The notes: generated by a model from the letters alone, not told the origin. A stretch of DNA of 64,000 nt from an uncultured delta proteobacterium (GCA_963846105.1 CAWJUT010000001.1:32292-96291), one strand, 5' to 3'. Positions 52,681-63,936 are shown, numbered from the stretch's first letter. Translations and numbers: made by a program.

Positions 52681-54055
52681 TCAGGGGCACACGCCGGACA
52701 GGATGCGACCGCGTCCGGTGTGGGGAATCGCACCACCGTCGAGGCGCTCGACGTCGCGCAGCCCGAGGCACGACAAGAACGTCCGCCCGAGGTCGGCGGC
52801 AGTGATGGTGCCACAGTCGTCGGTCGCACGAGGTCCGTCCCGGACGACGATCACCGGCACACGGGTCTCGCCGGGAGCACCGTGATTGCCCAGCAGCTTG
52901 CCCTCGTCGCCAGCCGTCGCTGAGCACGTTGCCCGGTGCGGCAACCAGCAGGAGGTCGCCGCCGCGGGGGTGAACGAGGTGCCAATCGGCGTGCATCGCC
53001 GCGAGGGTGAAGGCAGCGCCGCCGTCAGCGGCGTTGGGCGTGAGATACAGCGCTTCGGCGATTCCCGGCGTTGCCAGCGCCAGACGCCGGGCGGCGGCGA
53101 GCTGCGCTTCCGACCCCTCGCCCGGCATGGAGCTCCGCAGGTAGACGTGCCCGACGCCGCCATCGCCGACGCTCACGATGTCCGTCAGTCCAGCGTCGGC
53201 CGCCACCGCACCGAAGGCGAGCGCGGGATGGCGGATGGTATCGAAGCCGTGATCAGCGGTGATCACGACCGTGGTGCGCGGCCAGTCGTCACGCTCGCGT
53301 AGGAACGCCAGCAGATCGCGGACCACGGCGTCGCTGGCGCGTCGCGTCTCGGCGGCCGCCGTGGAGTGCGGTCCGGCGCCGTGGCTCACGCGATCGATGT
53401 CGCTGAAATTGACAAGCGTGAACTCGACGTCGGAGGCGAGGAGACTCGCGCACGCCTGCCAGCGTCGCCGTGTCATACGCGTACCCCGTCACCGGGTCGC
53501 GTCCCGCCGTCCGGCGCTTGCGTCGGGCGCCAGAGCACCTGCGGGGCCGCTTGTCCACCCACCGCGTCGAACATCGAGCGCGAGCTTGTCCTTGCCGACC
53601 GCCACCGCGGTCCGGAGCTGCGGGCGCGTGCGCTGCGCCACCGTGAAGAGCGTCTCGGTGAGCAGATCGCGTGCCGCGCCGAGCTTGCGCGGAGGGTTGC
53701 CGGTACGGTCCCAGAACGCGTTGCCGACGATGCCGTGGACCTCGGGATGGACACCGGTCAACAACGTCGCGTGACTCACGTTGGTACGAGCCGGCATCGC
53801 GGCCCGCCCCTCGGCATTCGGGCACCACGGGCTTTCACGCCAAGCCTGCGCCAACGCCGGCGTGTCCGCGTTGCTGACGTCGCGCGCGTCGAGCCCGTCG
53901 ACGACGATCAGGATGAGCCGCTGTCCACCCGGCCGCGGGCCACGCGGCGCCTCACCTTCGGCGCCGAACCCGCTCGATGGTGACTCGACGCCGTACGCAC
54001 ACGCCGTGACCGAGAGGAGAAGGCTCGCGGCGACGGCGGCCGCCCGCCACGTCAC
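52681..54055 (-). CDS. Alkaline-phosphatase-superfamily (nucleotide pyrophosphatase/phosphonate hydrolase-like) lipoprotein; frameshifts
   Basis: Lipobox VTAC; IVVDGL, PARTNVSHATLLTG.HP..HGIVGN (Thr nucleophile), D..SHG.GP, TADHG, GNHG. Confidence 0.85.
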
Positions 54056-54868
54056 CGCGCTTTCGCCATGCCCGGACGCTCCCGTCCGCGCCGCTGAACG
54101 CCGCGCCCGCGTCGCGTCACGGCACGCGCCTCGTTGACCTGTACCCGCGGCCGTTCGTGAAGCTCGCCAGCGAGGTACCGACGGATGGTCTCTCGCAGAT
54201 GCTGTTGGATGGCGTCGATCGATCGGCTGGCGTCCACGGTCACGAACGAGAACTCGTCGACCATCTGGTCGTACTCGCGGATGATCCGCGCCTGGTAGCG
54301 GCGGAAGGAGTCGAAGATGTCGCTGCCCGAGCGCCAGGTGCATGCCGGACTCCCAGTAGTCCATGCCCTTCCCCTCGAGCACGCGCGGGATCAGCCGCTC
54401 GACGTCGATCTTGAGGTAGAGGACCAGGTCGGGCACGACGGCGAAGCCGAAGAGCTTGCGCGTCCAGTCCGGGTCGGCGCCCATGACGGCGTTGCGGGCG
54501 AACGCGGTGTACATGTAGCGGTCGGCGATGCACGATGAAGCCGGCACGCAGCGCCGGGATGATCTGGTTCTCCAGGCGGTCGGCGAAGTCGGCGGCGTAG
54601 AGCAGGCTGAACGTCGTGACGTTCAGCTCGTGGCCCGCCTTGGCCTCGTTGATGGTGTCGGCGAGCAGCGGCGAGCGCGTCCAGCCCGTGTTGACCGACG
54701 CCGTACCCTTGCAGCTCGAGCCAACGCGTCAGCGCGCTCGATCTGCGTCGAGCGCCCGACGCCGTCGGTGCCCTCGATCACGATGAGGCTGCCCGGGAGC
54801 GGCCCGACCTTCAGGTACGGGAGGCCGTGTCCGTAGAAGGACTTATCGGCGTCGTGCATGCGCGGCAT
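54052..54868 (-). CDS. Thymidylate-kinase-like protein 2, atypical P-loop GVGRST (frameshifts)
   Basis: FYGHGLPYL, VIEGTDGVGRSTQ, LLYAADFADRLE, IADRYMYTAFARN, PDLVLYL, DYWESG. Confidence 0.8.
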
Positions 54869-55551
54869 CGCTCCTCGCCGTCGAGGCCCGAGCGTACGCA
54901 GCTCGGCCAGACGGCGCACCTGCTGCTGCTGCTGGTTGATGTCGCCGGTGGCGTCGATCACGCGCAGACCGAACTCGCGCGACCAGCTCGTCGTAGATGT
55001 CCAGCACGCGGCTCTGGAACAGCCGGAAGCTCTCGGCCGGGTCCGCGGCTGAGCCCGACGTCCATGCCGGCCTCGTGGTACTTGAGCTTGGTGCGCCCGG
55101 TGAGGAGGCGCTCAGCGAGACTTCGATCGGCACGCGGAAATAGAGCGCCAGGTCCGGCTTGGGCGCGAAGCTGTAGAGCGCCGCGCACCCACTCGTTGTC
55201 GACGCCGCGCGCGACGTCGCGGCCGAACGCGGTGTAGACGTAGCGGTCGGCGAGCACGATCATGCCGGCCTTGAGCGGCGGGATGATCTTGTAGGTGAGC
55301 CGGTCGGCGAAGTCGACCGCGTGCAGCATGCTGAAGGTCGTCGGGGTGAGCAGGTCCTTCTTCTTCCCGCGCTTCATCGAGCGCCGCACCAGCGCCGACG
55401 AGTTCCACTCGGTGAAGAACACGCTTGCTGCCCTGCGCCAGCAGCCAGCGGTGCGAGCAGCGCGAGCTGCGTCGATCTTGCCCGAGCCGTCGATGCCCTC
55501 GACGATGATCAACTTCCCGGGATACGGATGCGACGCGGTCAATCCTTGCAT
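54869..55551 (-). CDS. Thymidylate-kinase-like protein 1 (frameshifts; 3' end uncertain, possibly fused to the next gene)
   Basis: IIVEGIDGSGK(ST), FTEWNSS, HAVDFADRL, LADRYVYTAFGRD, KYHEAG. Confidence 0.82.
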
Positions 55552-55646
55552 GTCACCTCTCCCCTTCCCTGTCCGTTTCGACCGGAGACGCGCGCCGATG
55601 TCGATCGCCTCGGCTTTCATACGGGGACCTCACTCTATCTCGCACA

Positions 55647-55662
55647 TGTGACAAGAGCCACA
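55647..55662. promoter_or_regulatory. CRP/FNR-family-like box
   Basis: TGTGA-caagag-CCACA, one mismatch to TGTGA-N6-TCACA, in a 125-bp divergent intergenic region. Confidence 0.4.
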
Positions 55663-55676
55663 CGATCAGGTTAGAA

Positions 55677-57359
55677 GTGATGGCGATGCCGTCACCGTGG
55701 GGCGTCCCCGACTGGATCGAGACCCACACCGGTAGCGCGCCGCTCCTCCTGCTCGCACCCCATGGCGGTCGACGTGCGGGCACGCGCCATCCCGGACGTC
55801 ACAAGGTAAACGACCTGCATACCGCGGAGCTGACCCGCGAGCTGGCGGCGGCCTGCGACGCGACATCCGTCGTCAACGGCACGCGTGATCGCAACGAGCT
55901 GGATCTGAACCGCATCAGTCAGGTGTGCGAGCGTGGCCGCTGGCTCCTCGATCTGCTCGCCGACACGCTCGAGGCCATGCTGGCTCGAAGCCCGCGGGCC
56001 ACCGTGGTGGTCATCCACGGCTGGAACGTCGTGCAGCCGGCGTGCGACGTCGGTGCCGGCGTGGTCGTGCACGACGGCCGGTACGTGCCGGCTGCGGAGG
56101 GGCAGCCGACGGCGTCCGACGCGTTCCTCGACGGCACGGTGGGGCTCCTGCGTCGGCTCGCCGAGCCGGCGTCGATCGTGGTCACCATCGGCGCGCGCTA
56201 CCCAGGGGCGCACCGGAACAACCTCCTGCAGCTCTTCACTCCGACACATCGCGACCACAGCGATGCGACGGTGCGCAAGATCGCCGCCCTCGCGCCGCGC
56301 GTCGATGCCGCGCAGCTCGAGCTCGGGATTCCGTTGCGCTGGCCGGGGCCGCGACGGGCGACGTTCGTCGATCTGTTGACGCGCGTGTTCGACGGCCGTC
56401 GCGCCGAGAGCGTCCCCACTCCCGCGACGGAAGGCTCGGCCCTCGCCTGCGGCGGCCACGCCACCGCGCGGCAGGGGATTCAGTTTGCGCAGGACGGCCT
56501 GCTCGGATTCACGAGCATCGACACCGCCGGCGACGGCGGCGTCGCCGGCCGCCTTCTCGTGAGCCCGACCTCCGATGAGCTCGCGCTCTTCACCGGCGAG
56601 CTGGCTGAGCGCGGTGATGGAGCCCTCACGATCCCCGGTCTCGAGTACACCACCACCGATGCGGGCGGCATGCGGGTGCGCTTCGAGGGACCTCTGCTTT
56701 CGTTCCCGACGCTCACACCCTTCCTCGATCTCGAGCACGGGCTGGCGCGCGGACACCTGGTCGAGGCCGCACTCGATCTCTCCTTCACACCCGCGCGCGC
56801 CGAGGCGCCCGCACCCCAGGCGAGGGGCGCGTTCGGCACGCTCCAGGGATGGCTCGCGCTCGACGGCACGCGCCGAACGATCTCGACAGTGGCGCAAGGG
56901 CTCGCGGGTCCGCTCGCGGTTCCCGACCAGCACTTTCCCTTCGCGCGCTTCACGCTCCCCGCCACGCCGCTCGGTCATCTGGCGCTGGTTTCTGAGCACG
57001 CCAGCGACCCGGCCCCCGACCCGGACTCGTCGTCGCTCCGCGCGCGAAGGTTCCAGTTCGCCCTCACCGGCACCGCCTGGCGAAATGACGGGTCACGAAC
57101 CGTCGCCGCCACGTGTGACCTGACACTCACGCCCTCCGGCGGTCAACTGCGGCTCGACGTCGACGCCGCCGGCGAGACTCGTGTCTTCACGGCAGCGCTC
57201 GAGCGCCTCATTCCCGTACGTCGTCCCGGTCGCGCACGCTCCGTCGTCCTGACGGTGTTCGCGCTCTGCGTGCCGAGCGGGGGCCCGGCGGGATGGATCG
57301 AAGTGTCGACGCAGCATCCGGCGGCGCCGTCCGCCGGCCCGCCGCCGCGAGAGTCTTGA
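55677..57359 (+). CDS. Two-domain hypothetical: Zn-peptidase-like (PghP / N-formylglutamate amidohydrolase-type) N-domain + beta-rich C-domain
   Basis: LLLAPHGG, NDLHT, DLNR, VIHGW, AQLELG..LR; uninterrupted 560-codon ORF. Confidence 0.65.
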   Translation: MMAMPSPWGVPDWIETHTGSAPLLLLAPHGGRRAGTRHPGRHKVNDLHTAELTRELAAACDATSVVNGTRDRNELDLNRISQVCERGRWLLDLLADTLEAMLARSPRATVVVIHGWNVVQPACDVGAGVVVHDGRYVPAAEGQPTASDAFLDGTVGLLRRLAEPASIVVTIGARYPGAHRNNLLQLFTPTHRDHSDATVRKIAALAPRVDAAQLELGIPLRWPGPRRATFVDLLTRVFDGRRAESVPTPATEGSALACGGHATARQGIQFAQDGLLGFTSIDTAGDGGVAGRLLVSPTSDELALFTGELAERGDGALTIPGLEYTTTDAGGMRVRFEGPLLSFPTLTPFLDLEHGLARGHLVEAALDLSFTPARAEAPAPQARGAFGTLQGWLALDGTRRTISTVAQGLAGPLAVPDQHFPFARFTLPATPLGHLALVSEHASDPAPDPDSSSLRARRFQFALTGTAWRNDGSRTVAATCDLTLTPSGGQLRLDVDAAGETRVFTAALERLIPVRRPGRARSVVLTVFALCVPSGGPAGWIEVSTQHPAAPSAGPPPRES

Positions 57360-57367
57360 GAGCCGCC

Positions 57368-59182
57368 TCACTCGCCGGGAAGAACGAGCGTGATCGACGA
57401 CGACAGTCCGTGACGCGAGCCGATCTCGCCGGCGCCGCCGTCCCAGGCCTGGATGGAGAATGGCACCATGCCTCCGGCAGGGAAGCCTCCCGGGGATGCG
57501 TCGGATGGATGTCGGGCGGCGATGACCAGCATCCGCCAGCGCCCGAACGCGAAGTTCGCCGTCGATGAGACGCGCATGGCGCCACCGGCGCCCTCAGTCT
57601 TCTTTCTGCCGAAGATCCCGAGCAATCCCGATCGCCCGTCGCCCCCGGTGCGTTCCTTCGCCTCGACCGCTGGCGCACTCGGACTGGTCCGCTCGATGCG
57701 CATCGCGGACGCGCCAGGTGTCGCGCTCGTCGCCGACCAGATCCAGCGAGCAGACGGGATCTCGAGGGCGATCTGGTCAGCGAGGCGCCAGCGACCCACG
57801 CGTCCGGCATCGATGGTGTGATCTCGCGGGGCGCCTGCGTCGTCGTTCGTGACGTCGCGCGTTCGATCGTCCCACACGAGGAGGAAGCCTATCTCGCCCG
57901 CACTCACCGCCACGGCGATCTCGACGACATCGATCGCCGGCGACCCCCAACGAGGTTCCTCTGCCATCTGCGGACCGAGGGGGACCGCGACGCGCGCCAA
58001 CCCCTGCCAGAAGGGCGCCTCTGGATCACGCGGCAGCGCCGCCGGCGCGCGCGCCGCCCGTACCTCGGACACGAACTCCGGCCGGGGGCGCCCGAGGCTC
58101 GCGACGTACTGCACCAGCGCCCACCGATCATCGGGCTCGGTCGAGTCGACGTAGCTCGGCATGGGCGTACCGTTCAGGCCGGTCGAGATGGTCCGGAAGA
58201 GATCCGCCGCGGAGGCACCACCCTTCAGTTGCCAGCGCTTGGTCAGGTTGGCGGGACGTGAGGCGTTGCCGGCGTCATCCTTCAAATCCGCAGGCCCGTC
58301 GCCGCGGCCGTCCTTGCCGTGACACTGACCACAGCTGAGGTCGTCGTAGAGCGTGCGACCGCGCGCAAGAATCGCCGCGTCCGCCGCCGGCTCCGCCGGC
58401 GCCGATGCGACGACACGCGCCGGCGCCGCAAATCGCTCCGGCGAGAAGGTCTTGAGCCGCCCCGCCAGACGGGCAAGCGCCGGCTCGCCGAGCGGCGCGA
58501 AGCTGCCCATGGCGGTATCGCCGAGTCCACGCTCGAGGGTGCGGACGAGGTCGGTCGGTTGCGGCGATGCGCCCGATTCGGTCGAGCGGAAGCGATACCC
58601 CGCACGGGTGAAGTCACGCGGGCGCGGAAAGAGCTCGGCGGCGATCGGACCATCGCCGGCACCGCCGGCACCATGGCAGACGGAGCATCTGGCTTCGTAG
58701 AGTGCGGCGGCATCGACGGACGACGCCCGCCGCCCGAGCAGCGCGCGCGTGTCGTCGAGGACGAGCAGGACCGACCAGATCTGGCGATCGCTCAGCGCGT
58801 CACCGAAGGCCGGCATGGCGGCACCGGAGCGCTCCGCTTCGGGGAGCGCCGTGGCGCCTCGCTTGATGCGATCGAACATGCGCCCGGGTGCGCCCGGCGC
58901 GCCGCCCGCCATCAATAGGTCCGTCGCCGGCGCGGCGAACGTCCTCGCGTACGGTCCGTCACCGGCGCCGAGCATGCCGTGACACGGACGACAGCTACGC
59001 TGGTAGATCAGCTGCCCTTCGCGGCGGGCCCCCTCGCGCCCAGCCGCGTCTTCACTCAGCAACGGATTGGTTGCGAGCGGCGTCGCGGCCGGACCCTCCC
59101 CAGCCCCGGCCGCGCTCCGCCCGCACCACAACGGAAAAACGAGCAGCGTCGCGGCCGCACACACCGCAGCGACCGCCCGCAT
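57368..59182 (-). CDS. Triheme cytochrome c with C-terminal DOMON-like (EB_dh-type) domain
   Basis: N-terminal signal/TM; CRPCH, CSVCH, CGQCH; PRDFT...FRST and PANLT, TPMPS; C-domain W.D.T.D, DQIALE, AWDG..GE.G. Confidence 0.88.
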   Translation of the reverse strand: MRAVAAVCAAATLLVFPLWCGRSAAGAGEGPAATPLATNPLLSEDAAGREGARREGQLIYQRSCRPCHGMLGAGDGPYARTFAAPATDLLMAGGAPGAPGRMFDRIKRGATALPEAERSGAAMPAFGDALSDRQIWSVLLVLDDTRALLGRRASSVDAAALYEARCSVCHGAGGAGDGPIAAELFPRPRDFTRAGYRFRSTESGASPQPTDLVRTLERGLGDTAMGSFAPLGEPALARLAGRLKTFSPERFAAPARVVASAPAEPAADAAILARGRTLYDDLSCGQCHGKDGRGDGPADLKDDAGNASRPANLTKRWQLKGGASAADLFRTISTGLNGTPMPSYVDSTEPDDRWALVQYVASLGRPRPEFVSEVRAARAPAALPRDPEAPFWQGLARVAVPLGPQMAEEPRWGSPAIDVVEIAVAVSAGEIGFLLVWDDRTRDVTNDDAGAPRDHTIDAGRVGRWRLADQIALEIPSARWIWSATSATPGASAMRIERTSPSAPAVEAKERTGGDGRSGLLGIFGRKKTEGAGGAMRVSSTANFAFGRWRMLVIAARHPSDASPGGFPAGGMVPFSIQAWDGGAGEIGSRHGLSSSITLVLPGE

Positions 59183-59198
59183 CAGACGCTTCGCGCGC

Positions 59199-59931
59199 CT
59201 ACTTCTTCGCCATCTGCGCGCTGACTTTGGCGTCTTCCTTCGCCTTCACCGTCACCTTCTGCGTCTGTCTTGCCGAGCTCCTCGTGCCAGACCTCGACCT
59301 CGTAGTCGCCGGCCGGCAGGTCGGTGATCTTGAAGGTGCCGTTGGCGTCGGTGACCGCGTAGTACGGGTGGTCCTGCGAGATCCAGCAGGCGTGCATCCA
59401 GCCGTGCGCGTCGCACTGCACCTTGATCGGCCACTCCGGCTTCTCGACCTTGCTCTCGATCTTCTTCTTGAACTTCGGCTGCGCCATGTTGAACGCCGGG
59501 TTGGCCGTCGCAGGTGGTGTGCACGTTGTGCAGGATGCCGTCGGTGTTCAGGATGTCGATCGTGCTGCCGGCGGGGAACGCCAGCACGTGCGGAGTGTAC
59601 TCGCAGCCCTTCTGGTCGAAGACCGGGTTGGTCGCCGCCGGCGCGAGCTTCTTGCCCTTCTGGATGTTCGCTGATCGCACCACCACGTTCTGAATGCCCC
59701 TGCCGGCGCCGACGATGAGGTCGGGCGAGGTCTTCTCCTTGCCGCACACCTCGTTGTCCTTGGTGACCGGTAGCTTCGCCGGGGCCGGCGGCGTCGCCGT
59801 TGTACTTCACGTCGCCGCTGATCGAGCCGCCGTCCGTCACAGCGACGCCCTCGTAGGCCGACGGCCGTGGCGACCAGCATCGCGCTCGCAACGAGCGCCA
59901 GCGCTCCCAGAGTCCATCTACGCATGATCAT
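59199..59931 (-). CDS. Secreted cupredoxin-like / carboxypeptidase-regulatory-like domain protein (frameshifts)
   Basis: AAGGAGG RBS; FDQKGCEY.PHV, N.DGILHNVH, CDAHGWM, HPYYAVTD..G.F.I.DLP.G.YEV..WHE. Confidence 0.8.
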
Positions 59932-59995
59932 CTCCTCCTTGGCTTGCCCGTCAGGGGTTGCCCTCAAACACACACGGTCGAGATGGTTTCGGTTG

Positions 59996-62730
59996 CTACT
60001 GGGACCCGCCGGCTCCCTGTGCCACCTGCATCGCCCCTCGGGAGGGCGCGGCGCCGAGCACCATCAGATAGTCGCGGAGCGCATGGATCTGCCGCTCGTC
60101 GTTCCCGCCGAGGATGTCCTCGCGGACCACCGGGATAGAACGACGGCATCTTGGTTCCCGGCTGAACTTCTGCGGGTCGCGGAGCCACTCGACGATCCAC
60201 TCCGGGTTGAGGCGGTGCTTCGCCATCGCGAGGTCCGGCGCCCAGCCCTCCGGCGGTCCTTCCGGCTTCTTGTCGCCCTGCACGTGGCACGAGAAGCAGT
60301 TGAAGTAGTCCGGCGTCAGGAGCTGCTTGCCGCCTCGACGTGCTCGGCGGGAGATCGCCGCCGGATCCACGTAGACGAACGGCATATCCTTGCGCGTCGA
60401 GCGCTGCGAAGTACTCGACGAGCGATGGTCGCTTCCTCGTCGGACAGGCCGAAGGTGGGCATGCGCACCTCGAGCCACGGCCGGATCGGCGTCGGCGCCT
60501 TCAGGAAGCTGAAGAGCCAGTCGGACTGCACCTTGGCGCCCTCGCCTGCAGGATCGGCGGCGCCAGCGACAGGCTTCTCCTCGTAGAGCGGCGGATGTCG
60601 CCGCCGCTGCCCTCGATGACGTGGCAGCCGGTGCAGTTGTACTCGCCACCAGCCGCCGCCCCTCGACGATGTGCTTCTGCGCCGGATCGCGCGCCTTGTA
60701 GCGGTACGCCGCCGGCACGACGTGCTCGGTGCGGCTCGTGAGGAAGACGCGCAGCGCCTTGATGTCCTCGTCGGCGAGGTCGAACTGCGGCATCAGCTGC
60801 TCGATCCGCTCGGTCTCGTAGGTGCGCGGCGTCTTGATCTTGTTGAAGGTCCAGTCGTCCCAGGTCTCGCGGGATGTCGGTGCGGTCGCCGAAGAAGAGC
60901 TCCTCGAGCGTCTTCGCGCCGAACGTCGAGAGCTCGACGCCGATGCGCGACTCGCTCTCCATGCCGGGGATGTCGTGGCAGCCGGCGCAGCCGTACTTGC
61001 GCACCGAGCTTCTCGCCGGCCGCGACTGCTTCGGGCGTCGCGCAAGCGTCGCGCAGTCGCTCCGCCGGCGCCGGCTTCTTGGCGCCGAGCGTCAGCAGGT
61101 AGGACGTGATGGCGCGCGCCTCGTCGTCGCGTGAGCCGCAGGCTCGGCATGCGCGACACCGGCGAGAAGCCGCGCGGGTTCTTGATCCAGTGGTAGATCC
61201 AGCGCGCGTCGGTCTTCTCGGCGACGTTCGCGAGGTTCGGCGCGATGTCCTTGTTCGCCGCCGAGCTCGGGCCGCGACCTCGCCGGCCGCGAACGCGTGG
61301 CAGCCCGGCAGCCGACGCTCGTCGATGAGCTGCTTGCCGCGCGCGACGAGCGCGGCGTTCGCCGGATCGATGCCGCTCGGTGCCGGCATGCGCCGCCGAG
61401 CCACTCTTCGGCTCCTTCGCCGACGCCTGCAGCAGATACGCCGCGATCTGCGTCGCCTGCTCGCGCGTGAACATGAAGTTCGGCATCGCGTGCTGCGGCC
61501 GGAACTCGTGCGGGTTCGTGACCCAGCGCACCAGCCACGCCGGATCGACCTTGGCGCCGATGCGGCGCAGGATACGGGCGCCGTCCTTCGGCAGCTCCTC
61601 GTAGCCCTCGACCAGGTGGCAGCCGTGGCAGCCGAGCTGCTCGAAGAGCTGCTCGCCCGTGCGCGATCCGGTCGGCGTGCGTCGAGCTGCTGCACGTCGG
61701 CGTGGCACTTGATGCAGCTGCGCCTGCACCTTGTCGCCGCGTGAGCAGCGGGTGCTCCCAGAACTGTGCACGTTGCCGTGCGCCACGCTGCGACGCGTGT
61801 TCACCGCCGCGCCCTGGCCGTCGTGGCAGGGCGTGCAGCCGAACTTGTCCGGTCGGATGCTTGTCGAGAGGAGCTCGCGCGTCGGGATGCGTCTTGAACG
61901 GGTTCGGCTGGTCCTCGAAGCCCGGCTTGTCGATCGCCGGCGTGACACGAGGTGCAGCGATCGACGCGCGCCACCGGCTGGTCGTAGGCGTTGCGGTCGA
62001 ACTCGTCGAGCACGACCTGCTCGATCTTGCGGGATCTTCGGCAGCATGCGCGATGCGGGACCGACCTGCAGCACCACGAGCCCGTCGAGCTTCTGCTGCG
62101 AGCTTGCTCGCGCTCGCGTCGCGAGCTCGGCGATCTTCTCCTCGACGTTCTTGACGCCGACCTGCAGCTCCTTGATCTCGCTCTCGAGCTCGATCCGTCT
62201 TGTGCGTGCGAGCTCGTCGAACTCCTTCTTGGTCTCGACCTCGATGCTCCTCGAGCTCGTCGACGTGGGCGCGCGGCTCGTCGATCGGGTGCGCCGAGCT
62301 CGCTTGGCGTGATCGTAGCTCGTACCACGCTTCCTCGAGCTCGCTCTTCACGAAGCGCAGGTCGAGATCCTCCTCGTCGAGTCGCGCGCCTGAGCGCGTC
62401 GAGCTCCGCTTGCGCGGCTGGCGATCTGGCGCGCGTTCTCGCCCTCGGTCAGACGCTCGCCTGCGCCGTCGCCGAGCTGCTTGCTGCAGCCTCCTGGTAC
62501 TGCGGGTCGGCGTCGAGCCGCGCCTGCTCGGCGGCGATCGCCTGCTCGGCGCGCTCGTATCTCGAGGTTGCGGAACTCGCGCCTGGTACTTCTTCCACGG
62601 CCGGCGCAAGATGTTGTCGTCCCACACCGCCCAGAGGCCGCCGACGAAGCAGCAGCACCGCCGAGCAACCAGGAAGACGACGCTGTAGGACTTCTTCTCG
62701 TCGTCGATCGTCTGTGTCGCGCCGCGCCAT
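59996..62730 (-). CDS. Membrane-anchored octaheme cytochrome c (many frameshifts)
   Basis: CTSCH, CTPCH, CIKCH, CHGCH, CRGCH (needs +1 G), CAGCH, CTGCH, CFSCH; N-terminal TM and coiled coil. Confidence 0.85.
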
Positions 62731-62938
62731 GTCGTTCCTTCACGCCGCTCGCCTCCCGCTCCAGCAGCCGTCCGACGGAGAACAGAAGCGCGACCCGAGC
62801 ATCGAGCAGCTACAGCTCCGGCCCATGGAGTTCGTCCTCGCGTCAGACCCACGTAGAGCGCGATAGCCCACGTGCGCGAAGCCGACGGCCTGCGAGCATC
62901 TTGGCGCAGAGAAGAACATCGCCGATCCGGGCGGCCGC

Positions 62939-63770
62939 TCAGATGTTGATCAAGACGGCGTCACCCATACGTACTTGATGTTGAACGCAGATGGCGCAGC
63001 AGCATCTTGACCACCACCGCCCACATGTTGAGAAACAGGAACGCGGTGATGCCGAAGCGCGGCCATGCCCCAGCGGCGCATGAACTCCCGTCCCTTGAGC
63101 CGCACGCACGCCACCAGTACATCGCCGCGGTGCCGACGCACGAAGAAGCCGATCACGAGGATGCCGCCGACGATCGACGACCACGACGTAGTCGCGGACG
63201 CCGAGCAGGTACGGCAGGTCGACGTTGGTCATCGCCTCGACCTTGTGCGGGTCCCACACCTCCCAGGGCCAGAACCAGTTCCAGCCCGGGCCGCGCAGGA
63301 ACGTGCCGATGATGATCAGCGACACCCACAGGATGTGGAAGCCGAGGATAGAAGGTGATGATCTCCCACTTGCGGTCCTTGAAGCAGTAGTAGCCGTTCC
63401 CCTTCGGGTTGATGTCGATGTACGGGATGCACCATCAGCCCGACGATGATGAAGCTCGGCAGCACGACGCCGGCGTGCCAGGGATCGAAGAAGACCAGCA
63501 TCTCCTGCAGGCCGAGGAAGTACCACGGCGCCTTCGACGGGTTCGGCGTGCGCGTCGGGTTGGCCGGCTCCTCGAGCGGCGCGTCGACCAGCAGCGACCA
63601 GACGATCAGCAGCAGCGTGATGAAGATCGCGCAGCAGGAACTCGGCGCGCACCAGGTGCGGCCAGGTGTGGACCTTGTCGTCGCCCGGCCCGACCGCCTT
63701 CTTGATCGGCGACCTCGATGCGCTTGCCGGCGGCCGGCGCGCCGAGCGGCTTCACCTGCGGTTCGGCCAT
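62939..63770 (-). CDS. Cytochrome b C-terminal subunit (PetD / subunit IV-like; frameshifts)
   Basis: DKVHTWPHLV, APLEEPANP..TPNPSKAPWYFLGLQEML, PYIDINP.GNG. Confidence 0.88.
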
Positions 63771-63800
63771 GACGCAATCCTCCGTCGTCGGCTTGGCCGC

Positions 63801-63915
63801 TCAGAGCAGCACCAGCAGCACGGCGAAGAGCACCGGCAGCATCAGCACGCGCCGCCGGGGATGACCAGGCGACCGCGAGCACGACCAGGTGAGCGACCGT
63901 GTACTTGGCTCGCAT
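63801..63915 (-). CDS. Possible ~38-aa hydrophobic peptide between cytochrome b subunits (needs one indel)
   Basis: MRAKYTVAHLVVLAVAW in one frame continues as ...VLMLPVLFAVLLVLL* in another. Confidence 0.35.
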
Positions 63916-63936
63916 GCATGCGCGTCGCTCGCCCGC

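Noticed and set aside
62735-62935. Extra small membrane gene between subunit IV and the octaheme cytochrome
   Set aside because: Hydrophobic fragments appear in several frames, but sequence quality here is too poor to define an ORF.
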